A DNA stretch of 44,897 bases, the filler included, from an uncultured Methanoregulaceae archaeon (GTDB lineage Archaea; Halobacteriota; Methanomicrobia; Methanomicrobiales; Methanospirillaceae): the NCBI GenBank assembly GCA_964530035.1. It is 17 parts of 17 records of this genome, joined end to end, with 100 filler letters (N's around TTAATTAATTAA, not from the genome) between each part and the next. Parts side by side here need not be neighbours in the genome. Positions count along the whole stretch, not along the records: positions 1 to 3,088 come from CAZGXZ010000209.1; positions 3,189 to 6,271 come from CAZGXZ010000210.1; positions 6,372 to 9,434 come from CAZGXZ010000211.1; positions 9,535 to 12,548 come from CAZGXZ010000212.1; 13 more parts are not named here. One strand, written 5' to 3'. The stretch's first letter is position 1, and every line of letters starts with the position of its first letter. Made by a program: the position numbers and the translations under genes. The notes below the pieces were generated by a model. It saw nothing but the letters and a program-made list of their open reading frames with translations. It made no database searches and had not been told where the DNA came from. Below are positions 1 to 9,581 of this stretch, in pieces.

Positions 1-34
1 TATCAATGACCCGGCGCGCAGCGGTGGCAGCTCC

Positions 35-631
35 ATGAAGGTTCTGCCGCTCCTTCTCATTACCGTGCTCCTGCTCACCGGTATCGGGATCGGGGATCGT
101 ATTGGTGAACCTGTCAGGTTGTCTGGCAGGGCGCTCGGGTACGACCAGGTCTACCTCTTCGTTACCGGACCAGATCTTGCGAAGTCAGGGGTCAATCCTG
201 AGCGGATGAACAGCCCGGTGGTCACCGGGAGCCCGCAGAGCTTCGTGGTCGTGGAAACCGATGGAAACGGCTACTGGCAGTACCGCTGGCGTACGACGAG
301 GGTGGGAATCACCCTTGAAGAGGGACTTTATACGGTGTATGCGGTAACGAAACCCGTTTCGAAACAGGACCTTTCAGGAACCGCCTTTGACTCGACGGCG
401 GTCAGGCTGACATATTCGCGGCCCGCAACCGAGAGTGCAACCCCCAACCAGACCAAGATGGTTGCTGTTGAGGAGTCCGCAACGCCTGATGCACAGGATA
501 CACCATCACGACACCAGCCCCCCGACGAAGTCCCGGTATCGACCACGGCCACTCCCCGGACACCGGTTCACGGGACACTTGCAGTTATAGCGATTATTTC
601 CAGTGTGTTGCTCATTTCCCTGAAAAAGTGA
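35..631 (+). CDS. Secreted/cell-surface protein with Thr/Pro-rich linker and C-terminal TM + basic tail
   Basis: N-terminal signal peptide. The domain VYLFVTGP..GV..WQYRW.T..GLYTVYAV resembles Methanomicrobiales surface proteins. C-terminus LAVIAIISSVLLISLKK is an archaeosortase-like anchor without the PGF motif. Confidence 0.7.
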   Translation: MKVLPLLLITVLLLTGIGIGDRIGEPVRLSGRALGYDQVYLFVTGPDLAKSGVNPERMNSPVVTGSPQSFVVVETDGNGYWQYRWRTTRVGITLEEGLYTVYAVTKPVSKQDLSGTAFDSTAVRLTYSRPATESATPNQTKMVAVEESATPDAQDTPSRHQPPDEVPVSTTATPRTPVHGTLAVIAIISSVLLISLKK

Positions 632-688
632 ACAGATAGAGAGGGGCCTGAAAAGGTAAGCCCCCTCCATCCGGTACGGTACCTGGAA

Positions 689-1591
689 TCAGGTACCTGG
701 AGCTCCGTTCAGGTCTTTCTGTGCCCGGTCAGTCCACCAGACGGTGGCTCCATGGGCAAATCCCCGCAACCGGTATCCCTGGCTGTCGACGGTCAGCGCT
801 TTTTTCAGGTACTGCCTGATTACCGTCATATGCTGCGGCGATGACCCGCTCACCCGGTCATAGAAGTCCTCGGCAGCCTCTCCAATGGTTTTGTAGTAAT
901 GGGCGTTTTTTACCTTTTCTACCTTGATGCTTGCATATATCCCTGTTTCCACAAGGGCCTGCCACAGGACGTCTGCCGTCGGTTCATATGAGTATTCGGC
1001 TCCATGGACCTTCGGCCAGAGGTCCTTCATGACCCTTGCCCAGAGAGGGGGAGTCATGAACCAGAACAGGGAGACCTGCCCCCTGCAGACCGCGTCCATC
1101 TTCAGGGCGGCCTCCCTGATATTCATCATCGAGAGGGAGTACGAGGCAATGACATGGTCAAATGGCTCACCGAGTTCTTCGACCTGGCAGTCCTCCCACT
1201 TTTTTCCGATGACCTCAATCCCGCCTGCCTTCTCGGCACGGGCATAGTCACTGAGTACCCGGAGCATCGCAGCCGAGGGTTCTACGACGGTCACCTGGCA
1301 GCCGGCCCGCGCCAGCGGAACGGCTAGGGTGCCCGGTCCTGCCCCGATGTCGAGAACCCTGGAGCCCGGGGGTAGGGACAGCCAGGCGAGCTGCTCACGG
1401 GCACGCTCACTCTTAAGCCTCAATGCGGGGAGCGAAAAGTGACGGGTTACGTTGTTCTCATTCGCCCAGAACGCCTCGCTCGCACAGTAATTCTTCGTAG
1501 AAACCTGGCGGATTTTCTGTATCTTCCAGACATCGCTCCACCGGATGTTTTCCAAAGGATCGGCAGGGACCGTCATGGTGGCCTCGTCCAT
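689..1591 (-). CDS. Class I SAM-dependent methyltransferase
   Basis: Motif I VLDIGAGPG, VTVVEPS, FDHVIASYSL. Start moved to the ATG at 1591 to avoid overlap with the upstream gene. Confidence 0.88.
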   Translation of the reverse strand: MDEATMTVPADPLENIRWSDVWKIQKIRQVSTKNYCASEAFWANENNVTRHFSLPALRLKSERAREQLAWLSLPPGSRVLDIGAGPGTLAVPLARAGCQVTVVEPSAAMLRVLSDYARAEKAGGIEVIGKKWEDCQVEELGEPFDHVIASYSLSMMNIREAALKMDAVCRGQVSLFWFMTPPLWARVMKDLWPKVHGAEYSYEPTADVLWQALVETGIYASIKVEKVKNAHYYKTIGEAAEDFYDRVSGSSPQHMTVIRQYLKKALTVDSQGYRLRGFAHGATVWWTDRAQKDLNGAPGT

Positions 1592-1635
1592 GGATCTTCT
1601 TTCGTTATCATTCCAAAAAAGGTAAGCAGATTTAT

Positions 1636-2247
1636 TCAGATTATTCCGACTAGGGCGAGGTAGACGCACCCAAATGACGCGAGGATGAGGACGGCGAAGA
1701 CCGCCGGGTTCCAGGCGAGGACTTTCCTGCCGTCAAGGACTGAAACCGGCAGCATGTTGAATGCAGCGATCATGGCGTTGACTGAGAACCCCGCTTCGCC
1801 GATTATCGCCGGTATCCCGCCGGAAAAGAGCGCGAGGACGGCAAAGGGGATGCAAAGGACCAGGTTTGTTATCGGGCCGGCGGCGGAAATTACGCCGTTT
1901 TCTTTCTTGGAAATTCCCGACCCGTACACCACGGTCGCCCCGGGTGCGGCAAAGACAACACCGGCAAGTGCCGCCATGACAACCGCCACGAGGAGCATGA
2001 GGTTATCTTTCTGGAACTCCGCCCAGTAGCCGTACTTCATGGCGGTGAACTTATGGGCCATCTCGTGGAGGACAAACGCCACCCCGACCGTGACAAGCGA
2101 GACCGCAAAGAGGGCTGCGGCATTGACCAGGGGGTCCCGAAAAAGCATCCAGCCGTTCCTGAGGTAGAGGACAAAGAATGCTGCAGAGACCGCCAGCCAC
2201 GCAATGACCAGCGCCACCCGTTCACGGGGTGGGATCCGATCGAACAT
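1636..2247 (-). CDS. Site-2 protease / peptidase M50 family membrane metalloprotease
   Basis: HEMAH zinc motif, AAGPITN and FNMLPVSVLDG (NxxPxxxxDG) within hydrophobic helices. Confidence 0.93.
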   Translation of the reverse strand: MFDRIPPRERVALVIAWLAVSAAFFVLYLRNGWMLFRDPLVNAAALFAVSLVTVGVAFVLHEMAHKFTAMKYGYWAEFQKDNLMLLVAVVMAALAGVVFAAPGATVVYGSGISKKENGVISAAGPITNLVLCIPFAVLALFSGGIPAIIGEAGFSVNAMIAAFNMLPVSVLDGRKVLAWNPAVFAVLILASFGCVYLALVGII

Positions 2248-2446
2248 ACCTTGGTACTAGGTTGTCCAGCGGCATATTCCTTCGGGAAACGGACAGCCTG
2301 GATGCCTGTGCGGCGAAGGTGCTCATCTGCTAATATTACCATGATTACATTCCTGGTTCGGGGCCGGCTCCATTCATTCCCTTGTGCAGTTCCGGGAAAC
2401 CAGTTCCAGAAAGGTAGGTGTGGTGACGGTCTTTTTCCGGACCAGT

Positions 2447-3088
2447 TCACCGGTACTGTTTTGCCTGGGTATCGAACAGGAGTGCATACCGGCCTTTGGC
2501 AGCGACGAGTTCCTCATGCGTCCCGTGTTCGAGGATCCTTCCCTTTTCCATGAAATAGATGCAGTCCGCCATCTTTACCGAGGAAAGCCTGTGACTGATG
2601 ATAATGGTCGTACGTCCTTCCGAAAGTCGTCGTAAATGGCTGATAACCTCGGCCTCCGCCATGGGGTCAAGGGCACTTGTCGGTTCGTCCATGATGACCA
2701 TCTGGGCATCGCGGATGAATGCCCGGGCAAGGGCTACCTTCTGCCATTCGCCGATGCTCAGGTCTACACCGTCCTCGAACATCTTGCCCAGGACAGTCTC
2801 GTACTGCTGTTCCAGGCGACCGATGACCTGGTTTGCACCTGACAATTCCGCTGCCCTGTAAACCTCATCATCTTCTGCCGGGCGGTCACCACTGCCGAAC
2901 ATGATGTTCTCGCGGGCCGTCAGGTTATATCTCGCATAGTCCTGGAACACGATACTGATCTCCCGGCGGAGGTCAAGTGTGTCAAACTCCCTGAGGTCGG
3001 TCCCGTCGATGGTGATGCGGCCTTCTCCCGGGTCGTACAACCTGCAGAGCAGCTTTACCAGGGTTGCCTTTCCCGAACCGTTCTCTCC
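2447..3088 (-). CDS. ABC exporter ATP-binding domain (C-terminal fragment, 5' truncated)
   Basis: Walker A region GENGSGKAT at the contig edge, Q-loop VFQD, signature LSIGEWQK, Walker B VIMDEPTSALD, ISHRLS. Confidence 0.93.
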   Translation of the reverse strand, partial: GENGSGKATLVKLLCRLYDPGEGRITIDGTDLREFDTLDLRREISIVFQDYARYNLTARENIMFGSGDRPAEDDEVYRAAELSGANQVIGRLEQQYETVLGKMFEDGVDLSIGEWQKVALARAFIRDAQMVIMDEPTSALDPMAEAEVISHLRRLSEGRTTIIISHRLSSVKMADCIYFMEKGRILEHGTHEELVAAKGRYALLFDTQAKQYR

Positions 3089-3188
3089 NNNNNNNNNNNN
3101 NNNNNNNNNNNNNNNNNNNNNNNNNNNNNNNNTTAATTAATTAANNNNNNNNNNNNNNNNNNNNNNNNNNNNNNNNNNNNNNNNNNNN
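3089..3188. other. Artificial contig linker (first of 16)
   Basis: N-run + TTAATTAATTAA (stops in all six frames) + N-run, 100 nt. The others start at 6272, 9435, 12549, 15555, 18480, 21366, 24226, 27026, 29788, 32476, 34833, 37160, 39400, 41305 and 43137. Confidence 0.99.
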
Positions 3189-4065
3189 CCTCATGGCAAC
3201 CGATGTCCCGACTGCGAGTCCCGATGACCCGGTGGCGGTCGCCAAGAAGGTGGTGGCAGACTCACGGTACAGGACGGCCAGTGTCATCGGCGCAAACGGA
3301 AAACACCTCGGGATGATTTCCCGCAACTCATTCCTCGAGGTGATCCACCGGGACGTCGTCCTGGTTGACCACAACGAGTACGCGCAGGCGGTGGACGGTA
3401 TCGAGACCGCGGAGATCCTCGAGGTCATCGATCACCACCGTCTCGGCGCGCTCTCAACCCTCCGCCCGGTCAGGTTCCTGAATGACACGGTCGGGTCAAC
3501 GTCAACCCTGATCGCACGGCGGTTCAGGGAGTCAGGGGTTGATCCGACCCGGTCCACGGCCGGTATGCTCCTTTCGGGTATCCTTTCCGATACACTGGTC
3601 CTCCGCATGTCCACCACGACCGGCGAAGACCGAAGCATGGCAGCATGGCTCGCAGAGGCAGCCGGAGTCGACCCTGTCACCTATGGATCAGGTCTTATCC
3701 GCAGTGGTATGGACCTCAACATCCCGGCGACAGACCTTCTGTCCAGGGACCTCAAGCGTTTTCCTCTCTTTGGCTTGGACATCCTTATATCTCAGGTCAT
3801 GACCGCCTCCTGGGACTTCTCACAGGAAAGGAGGGCTGAACTCCTGGACGCCCTCGGTAGGCTAAGGACGTCCGGGAAGGCGGACTTGGCCCTTCTGCTG
3901 GTTACCAATGTCCTTGATGAGGGAAGCGACCTCTTTGCCGCCGGAGACGCGCGGCTTGTCGAATCCCTCGGGTATGCAGACCAACCCGTCAGGCTCCCGG
4001 GGGTCATGTCGAGAAAGAAGGACTTCGTACCAGCGTTCGGGGAGCACCTCAGAGCCGTGTTGTGA
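3189..4065 (+). CDS. ppaC: Mn-dependent family II inorganic pyrophosphatase, CBS/DRTGG type (C-terminal fragment)
   Basis: LVDHNE, IDHHR, VGSTSTL, GILSDT and C-terminal GVMSRKKD motifs, preceded by a CBS domain. Confidence 0.92.
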
Positions 4066-4444
4066 GCTCGCGGTTGGTCAGGCTCTCCCTGGCGTGGACG
4101 GACGATTATGCCTGAGGACTTCTCACGGTTGATCAACAATCAAGTCAGTCTGACGATAATGTTCCTTCCCTGATGTGCTGTTTTAGGATTCAATAATCCT
4201 GACGGAATGAAAAGCCTTGAACTCATGAGCGGCTTTCCGGATTCACCTCCATGGAGTCCTGACAGACAGAAAACGGCTTGTCGGGATAAGAGCCCTCCTG
4301 GATACTATCCAATTCTCCAGATGATCACCTTCCCACGACCTTAAGGAAAAAACACACCACATTGGCACCCTCCCTTACCCCAAGACAAGCGCTCATATGA
4401 GACGGCACGAAACGTGATATGGATTTTCACAGCAGGGAGCGCGC

Positions 4445-6271
4445 ATGAACAGCATCATCATCCGTGGTGCGCGGGAACACAACCTCAAAGATATCACCGT
4501 CGAGATCCCGCGCGACCAGCTCATCGTCATCACCGGCCTTTCAGGCTCAGGGAAGTCCACCCTCGCCTTCGACACCATATATGCCGAGGGACAGCGGCGG
4601 TATGTCGAGTCTCTCTCGGCCTACGCGAGGCAGTTCCTCGGGCTCATGCACAAGCCTGACGTGGACAGCATCGAGGGACTCTCGCCGGCGATATCCATTG
4701 AGCAGAAGAGCACCAGCAGGAACCCCAGGTCCACGGTAGGGACGATCACTGAAATATACGACTATTTGAGGCTCCTGTTCGCGCGCGTCGGCACACCGTT
4801 CTGTCCTGAACACCACATCCCCATCGAGGCCAGGTCGCCGGAAAGCATCACCGCCGAGATAGCCTCCGGGATAGCCGGGACCGTCACCGTGCTCGCGCCC
4901 GTGGTCAGGCAGAAAAAAGGGACGTACGGACAGCTCTTCAAGGACCTCAACCAGGAAGGGTTTACACGCGTCAGGGTCAACGGGGAGGTCCGGAGAACGG
5001 ACGAGGAAATCACCCTCGAGCGGTATAAAAAGCACGATATCGAGGTGGTGATCGACCGCCTGGAACCCGATGACCGCACCAGGCTTGCAGAGGCTGTTGA
5101 AAACGCGCTCAAGCGTTCCGAGGACGGGCTGGTCATTGTTCTTGACAGTGATGGAAAGGACCACCTCCTCTCATCGAGGATGGCCTGCCCGGTCTGCGGC
5201 CTGACCTTCGAGGAGCTCCAGCCGCGCATGTTCTCCTTCAACAGCCCGTTCGGGGCCTGCGAGGAGTGCAATGGTCTTGGTTTCCGGATGGACTTCGACC
5301 CGGAACTCATCATTCCAGACCGCGAAAAGTCGGTGGCGGACGGTGCGGTCGCCCTCTACAGGAACTTCCTTGACGGCTACCGGTCCCAGTACCTCGGCGC
5401 GGTCGCAAAGCACTTCGGGTTCGATATATTTACTCCGGTGAAGGACCTGACCCCGCATCAGTATGACGCGCTCATGTACGGGTCCACGGAGCGGATCCAC
5501 TTCTCCATGAGCATGAAGAACGGGGACGCGCACTGGTCCCACCACGGACAGTGGGAAGGTCTCCTCCCGCAGGCACAGCGGCTCTACCAGCAGACCCAGT
5601 CCGAATACCGGAAGCAGGAGCTCGAGAAGTTCATGCGGGTCTCACCCTGCCAGGTCTGCAAGGGAAAACGCCTGAAGGACAAGGTCCTCGCTGTAGAGGT
5701 TGCCGGCAGGTCCATTGTAGGGGTGACCGACATGCCCATATCGCAGTGCCTCGCCTTTTTCCAGGACCTGCCCCTCACCGACAGGCAGCAGGAGATCGCC
5801 CACCAGGTCCTGAAGGAGATACGCGCGCGGCTCCTCTTCCTTGACCGGGTCGGCCTCGGATACCTTACACTCTCCCGGAATGCCGGGAGCCTTTCTGGGG
5901 GGGAGGCCCAGCGCATCAGGCTTGCCACTCAGATAGGATCTCGGCTCATGGGTGTCCTCTATGTCCTTGATGAACCGTCCATCGGCCTCCACCAGCGGGA
6001 CAACCAGAAACTCATCGGGACGCTCCGTGAACTCCAGCAACTCGGAAATACCCTGATCGTCGTCGAGCACGACGAGGAGACCATCAAAAGCGCCGACCAC
6101 GTCATCGACATGGGCCCTGGCGCCGGGATCCACGGCGGTCTGATCGTTGCGCAGGGAACCCCTGACGTCATCACTGACACACCTGGTTCCCTGACCGGGC
6201 AGTACCTGAAGGGTGAGCTGAAGTTTGAGATCCCTGCAACCCGGCGGAAGCCGAAGGGGTTCATGCGGCTG
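4445..6271 (+). CDS. uvrA: Excinuclease ABC subunit A (3' truncated)
   Basis: [29 protein letters not shown], zinc-finger Cys pairs, [28 protein letters not shown]. Confidence 0.99.
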
Positions 6272-6371
6272 NNNNNNNNNNNNNNNNNNNNNNNNNNNNN
6301 NNNNNNNNNNNNNNNTTAATTAATTAANNNNNNNNNNNNNNNNNNNNNNNNNNNNNNNNNNNNNNNNNNNN

Positions 6372-6880
6372 AGGCCGGGAGCCCGAACCTCACCCCCCAG
6401 CTGAAGGGGCTGATGCTCGGGCTCGCCGACCTCCCGGACGGCTACTCCCTCCTCCACGAGGGGCCGACCATCCCCCCGGAACAGGCGGTTTCTGAAAAGG
6501 AGAAGGGGTACAAAGGCGGATACTCCTTCTCGGCGGCGACCTATGCCGGGAACCGCACCGGCGACACCTTTGAACAGACGGTGCTCGTGTTCGATGCCCC
6601 CGAGCAGCCACGCGACCTCACCGAGCTGTTCACGTCCAGCTTCCCGCAGATCGCGGCCTGGTCACCCGAAGCCCTCCCTGACCCGGGCATCGGCAACCAG
6701 AGTATCGGCTACCGGTACAGGGTCCCTGAAACAGATGCACCGGCCGGCCAGGTGATCGGCGGCAGCGTGGTCCTCTTCAGGTCAGGGAACACCTACGAGA
6801 TCCTCATGGTCCAGGGCGGGGAAACGAACGATTCCCCAATCCTCGACCTCGCCCGGAAAGCAGCGGCAAGGCTGGAATAG
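6372..6880 (+). CDS. Probable exported lipoprotein, 5' truncated; paralog of 8819-9430
   Basis: Frame is open from the contig edge. Shares LMLGLxDxPxGY, GYxGGYxFSA, TVLV, LxDPxxG and LAxKAA with the 8819-9430 product. Confidence 0.75.
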
Positions 6881-6924
6881 GCATGGTCCGGGGGTGACCC
6901 GGGTTCCCCTCATCGCACTTTATT

Positions 6925-8157
6925 TCAGGGAGTTCCAAATACCCGGTCCAGGGCCCGCACGACCTTTTCCACCGTCTCAACCGTCCGTTCGATGACCCCG
7001 CGGTCCAGGCACTCCAGCCGGTCCTTCTCCGTATGGATGACCTCACTGACGACCTCCAGTGTTGCACTGGTCGAAAAGGCGATGCAGGGTATCCCGGCCG
7101 CCGCGAACATCATGTGGTCTCCCTGGGGCCAGGGGTCGGCCAGGACCATCCCGGGGTCGCCTGCCCGGGCCTCCTCGCAGGCAGCTTCGAGCGGGCCGGG
7201 GCAGTTGTAGTAGGAAATGCCCGGGGAAAAGCCGGCAAGCCCGATACCGTCGATGTTGATGCAGCAGGCGACCACCTCCGGGTCGCAGCCGCCAGCCCGG
7301 AGGTATGCCACCTCCCCCGGGGCCGCGTAGCACTCCTCGCCGTTCATGAACACCAGTTCGAGGGGGCTTTTCACGGGCATGTCCCTGAAGGCACGGGCGA
7401 GGACCATGAGGGCGGCGACGCCCGATGCATTGTCGAGCGCCCCGGGGGTCCCGTATTTTGTGTCGAAATGGGCACAGAGGACGATTTTCTTGTGGCCTGT
7501 CACTGGGGAGCGGCCGATCACGTCAGCGGCACGGGCGGGGCGCACCTCCGTGTCGAGGCTGAGGGTGACCGGGCCTGCAGCCTGTGAAAGGAGAAAGGCA
7601 CCTTCACCGGCCGTGACCGTGCACGACGGGACAGGGAAGTCGCCGTCGATGATGACCGGGACCGCCTGGTCCTCCCGCGGTGAGACGGCGATGATGGCGG
7701 CGGGTCTCTTCTCGCAGAGCAGGCGTGCGATCTCCTGGTGAGCTGCATGGGAGTAGAACGGGAAGTTCCTCGGCATCAGGGGCTCCCTTGCGAGGTCCCC
7801 GTGGAGCACTGCCACCTTCCCGGAAAGGTCGGCTGCCGCCAGTTCACCGGTCGTCCCTACTGCCGCAAGCGGGGCGGTGACGGAGCATGACGGGCTGTAG
7901 GGGTTTGCAACGACCGGGACAGGCCTCCCTGCACAGGAACACCGTGTGCCCCGGACGGTCCACGAGGGGATGTCAAACCCGGGGAGGCCGGTGACGTACC
8001 CGTTCCTCTCCAGGTGGTCCCTGATGAAGGCCTGCGACAGGAGGTTGCCGTCTGACCCGGTCGGGCGTTCCCCGATGGCCTCCGCGAGGTGGGACAGGTA
8101 GTGCCAGACACCGGGACGGGCCCCGGCCGGCGGGAGGGGATCGGCTTCCGGGTTCAT
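6925..8157 (-). CDS. M28 family aminopeptidase with PA domain
   Basis: CAHFDT, GALDNASG, NGEE, NIDGIG, GDH, IHTEKD. The ATG at 8157 overlaps the padR stop (ATGA). Confidence 0.92.
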   Translation of the reverse strand: MNPEADPLPPAGARPGVWHYLSHLAEAIGERPTGSDGNLLSQAFIRDHLERNGYVTGLPGFDIPSWTVRGTRCSCAGRPVPVVANPYSPSCSVTAPLAAVGTTGELAAADLSGKVAVLHGDLAREPLMPRNFPFYSHAAHQEIARLLCEKRPAAIIAVSPREDQAVPVIIDGDFPVPSCTVTAGEGAFLLSQAAGPVTLSLDTEVRPARAADVIGRSPVTGHKKIVLCAHFDTKYGTPGALDNASGVAALMVLARAFRDMPVKSPLELVFMNGEECYAAPGEVAYLRAGGCDPEVVACCINIDGIGLAGFSPGISYYNCPGPLEAACEEARAGDPGMVLADPWPQGDHMMFAAAGIPCIAFSTSATLEVVSEVIHTEKDRLECLDRGVIERTVETVEKVVRALDRVFGTP

Positions 8158-8690
8158 GCGGGGTACTCCGCGAGGAAGGCCCGCGCCCATTCCCGGTCCG
8201 CTGCCAGGAGATAGAGCCGCCGTTTCGCCAGGGCGAGCCGGTGGACCGGGCACCCTTCCTTCACGAGGTACTGCTCGAGCGCGGAAAAGCACTTCTCGTG
8301 CTCGTCAATTGAGGCGATATACTTCTGAAACGCCTCCTTCACCTCACCGGGGGCCAGGAGGTGGAGGTTGTGGAGGCCGATGTCGACCCGGTAGATCATG
8401 TGTTCGGCCTCTGATACCAGTTCGCGGACCTTCTCCTTCACTTCCTGCTCACCGGTGCCGGTGAGGCGGTAGACCTTCTTTGCCTGGTTTGAGCCGGTCA
8501 GCTCGACCTGGACATCTACGAGGCCCTTCTTCTCGAGTTTCCCGAGGACCTTGTAGACGGAGGAGAGGGAGATCCCGGTCCAGCACCGCATGTCGCGGTC
8601 GGTCACGGTCTTCTCGATCTCGTACGGGTGCATCGGTTTTTCATGGAGGAGGCCAAGGAGGGCTGTTTCCAACGGTGATAGTGTACTCAT
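8154..8690 (-). CDS. PadR family transcriptional regulator
   Basis: LLGLLHEKPMHPYEI, SVYKVLGKLEKKGLV, KKVYRLTGTG wHTH, plus a helical C-terminal domain. Confidence 0.93.
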   Translation of the reverse strand: MSTLSPLETALLGLLHEKPMHPYEIEKTVTDRDMRCWTGISLSSVYKVLGKLEKKGLVDVQVELTGSNQAKKVYRLTGTGEQEVKEKVRELVSEAEHMIYRVDIGLHNLHLLAPGEVKEAFQKYIASIDEHEKCFSALEQYLVKEGCPVHRLALAKRRLYLLAADREWARAFLAEYPA

Positions 8691-8713
8691 CAAATATTAT
8701 ATTAGTACACTAT
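8678..8713. promoter_or_regulatory. Putative PadR operator: 10-bp inverted repeat spanning the padR start
   Basis: ATAGTGTACT (8678-8687), 16-nt AT-rich spacer, AGTACACTAT (8704-8713). A minus-strand TTTATC TATA-like box lies immediately upstream. Confidence 0.6.
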
Positions 8714-8818
8714 TGGATAAATACAATACTGCTGGTGTCGGTCCGTTTCCGGCCTTTTCCTCCCGGGACCAGAAGGAATAATGGAGCGCCCGGCAAACCT
8801 GATGCGAGGTTTCTTTCC

Positions 8819-9430
8819 GTGCGGACTATCCTTCCCCCCCTCCTCCTCGTCCTCGCCATGACCGCCGTGTTCGCCTGCGGCTGCACGACGGGTGGCCCGG
8901 CAGGTACGAATGCAACCATGCTTTCCGGCATCTCCGGGACCACGAACCTGACACCCGTGCTCCTGCCGTTGATGCTCGGGCTGTCAGATATGCCCGAGGG
9001 GTATACCGTGGACTCCGAGTATCCGACACGGTCTGCGGACAAGCTCCCTGCCGAAGTGTCGCCCGGGTACCTCGGCGGATATTACTTCTCTGCCATGAGC
9101 TATGACGGAAACGAAACGGTGGCCCACACCGTCCTCGTCTACTCGGAGACGGAACGGCCGAAGGACCTCGACGGGTTCTTCAAGGCCACCCACCCCGTGA
9201 TCGCGAACTGGACGATCACCCCGCTCGCCGACCCGAAGGTCGGGAGCGCCTCGACCGCATGGGCGTTCCTGCCGCCTGGCGACTTCGTACCGGGGGAGAC
9301 CCTTTCGAGCGGTTACGTGGTCATTTTTGAGAGGGGCCCCCTCTGCGAGATCGTCAAGATCACGGGCCCGAAGATGAATGCCAGCTACTGTACCAGCCTC
9401 GCACAGAAGGCGGCATCGAAAACAGGCTGA
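8819..9430 (+). CDS. Lipoprotein of unknown function
   Basis: GTG start at 8819 with GAGGT 8 nt upstream. Signal MRTILPPLLLVLAMTAVFACGC ends in a lipobox-like Cys. Paralog of 6372-6880. Confidence 0.78.
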   Translation: MRTILPPLLLVLAMTAVFACGCTTGGPAGTNATMLSGISGTTNLTPVLLPLMLGLSDMPEGYTVDSEYPTRSADKLPAEVSPGYLGGYYFSAMSYDGNETVAHTVLVYSETERPKDLDGFFKATHPVIANWTITPLADPKVGSASTAWAFLPPGDFVPGETLSSGYVVIFERGPLCEIVKITGPKMNASYCTSLAQKAASKTG

Positions 9431-9534
9431 AATCNNNNNNNNNNNNNNNNNNNNNNNNNNNNNNNNNNNNNNNNNNNNTTAATTAATTAANNNNNNNNNN
9501 NNNNNNNNNNNNNNNNNNNNNNNNNNNNNNNNNN

Positions 9535-9576
9535 GACGAGCAGGGATATGATATTGATATCCTCTTTGATGTGTGA
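9535..9576 (+). CDS. Archease, extreme C-terminus
   Basis: Reads DEQGYDIDILFDV*, matching the archease C-terminal FDV/I motif, and lies directly upstream of rtcB. Confidence 0.7.
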   Translation, partial: DEQGYDIDILFDV

Positions 9577-9581
9577 TTCCG

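Noticed and set aside
3089..3188. Recurrent TTAATTAATTAA flanked by Ns as a biological repeat
   Set aside because: Identical 100-nt artificial linkers. ORF-track tails such as XXXXLIN are artefacts, and cross-linker gene neighbourhoods are meaningless.
8480..8818. Long N-terminal extensions in the ORF track (8480, also 8292, 17440, 20220, 42084, 43775)
   Set aside because: They overlap neighbouring genes or promoters. Downstream starts with an RBS or a family-typical N-terminus fit better.
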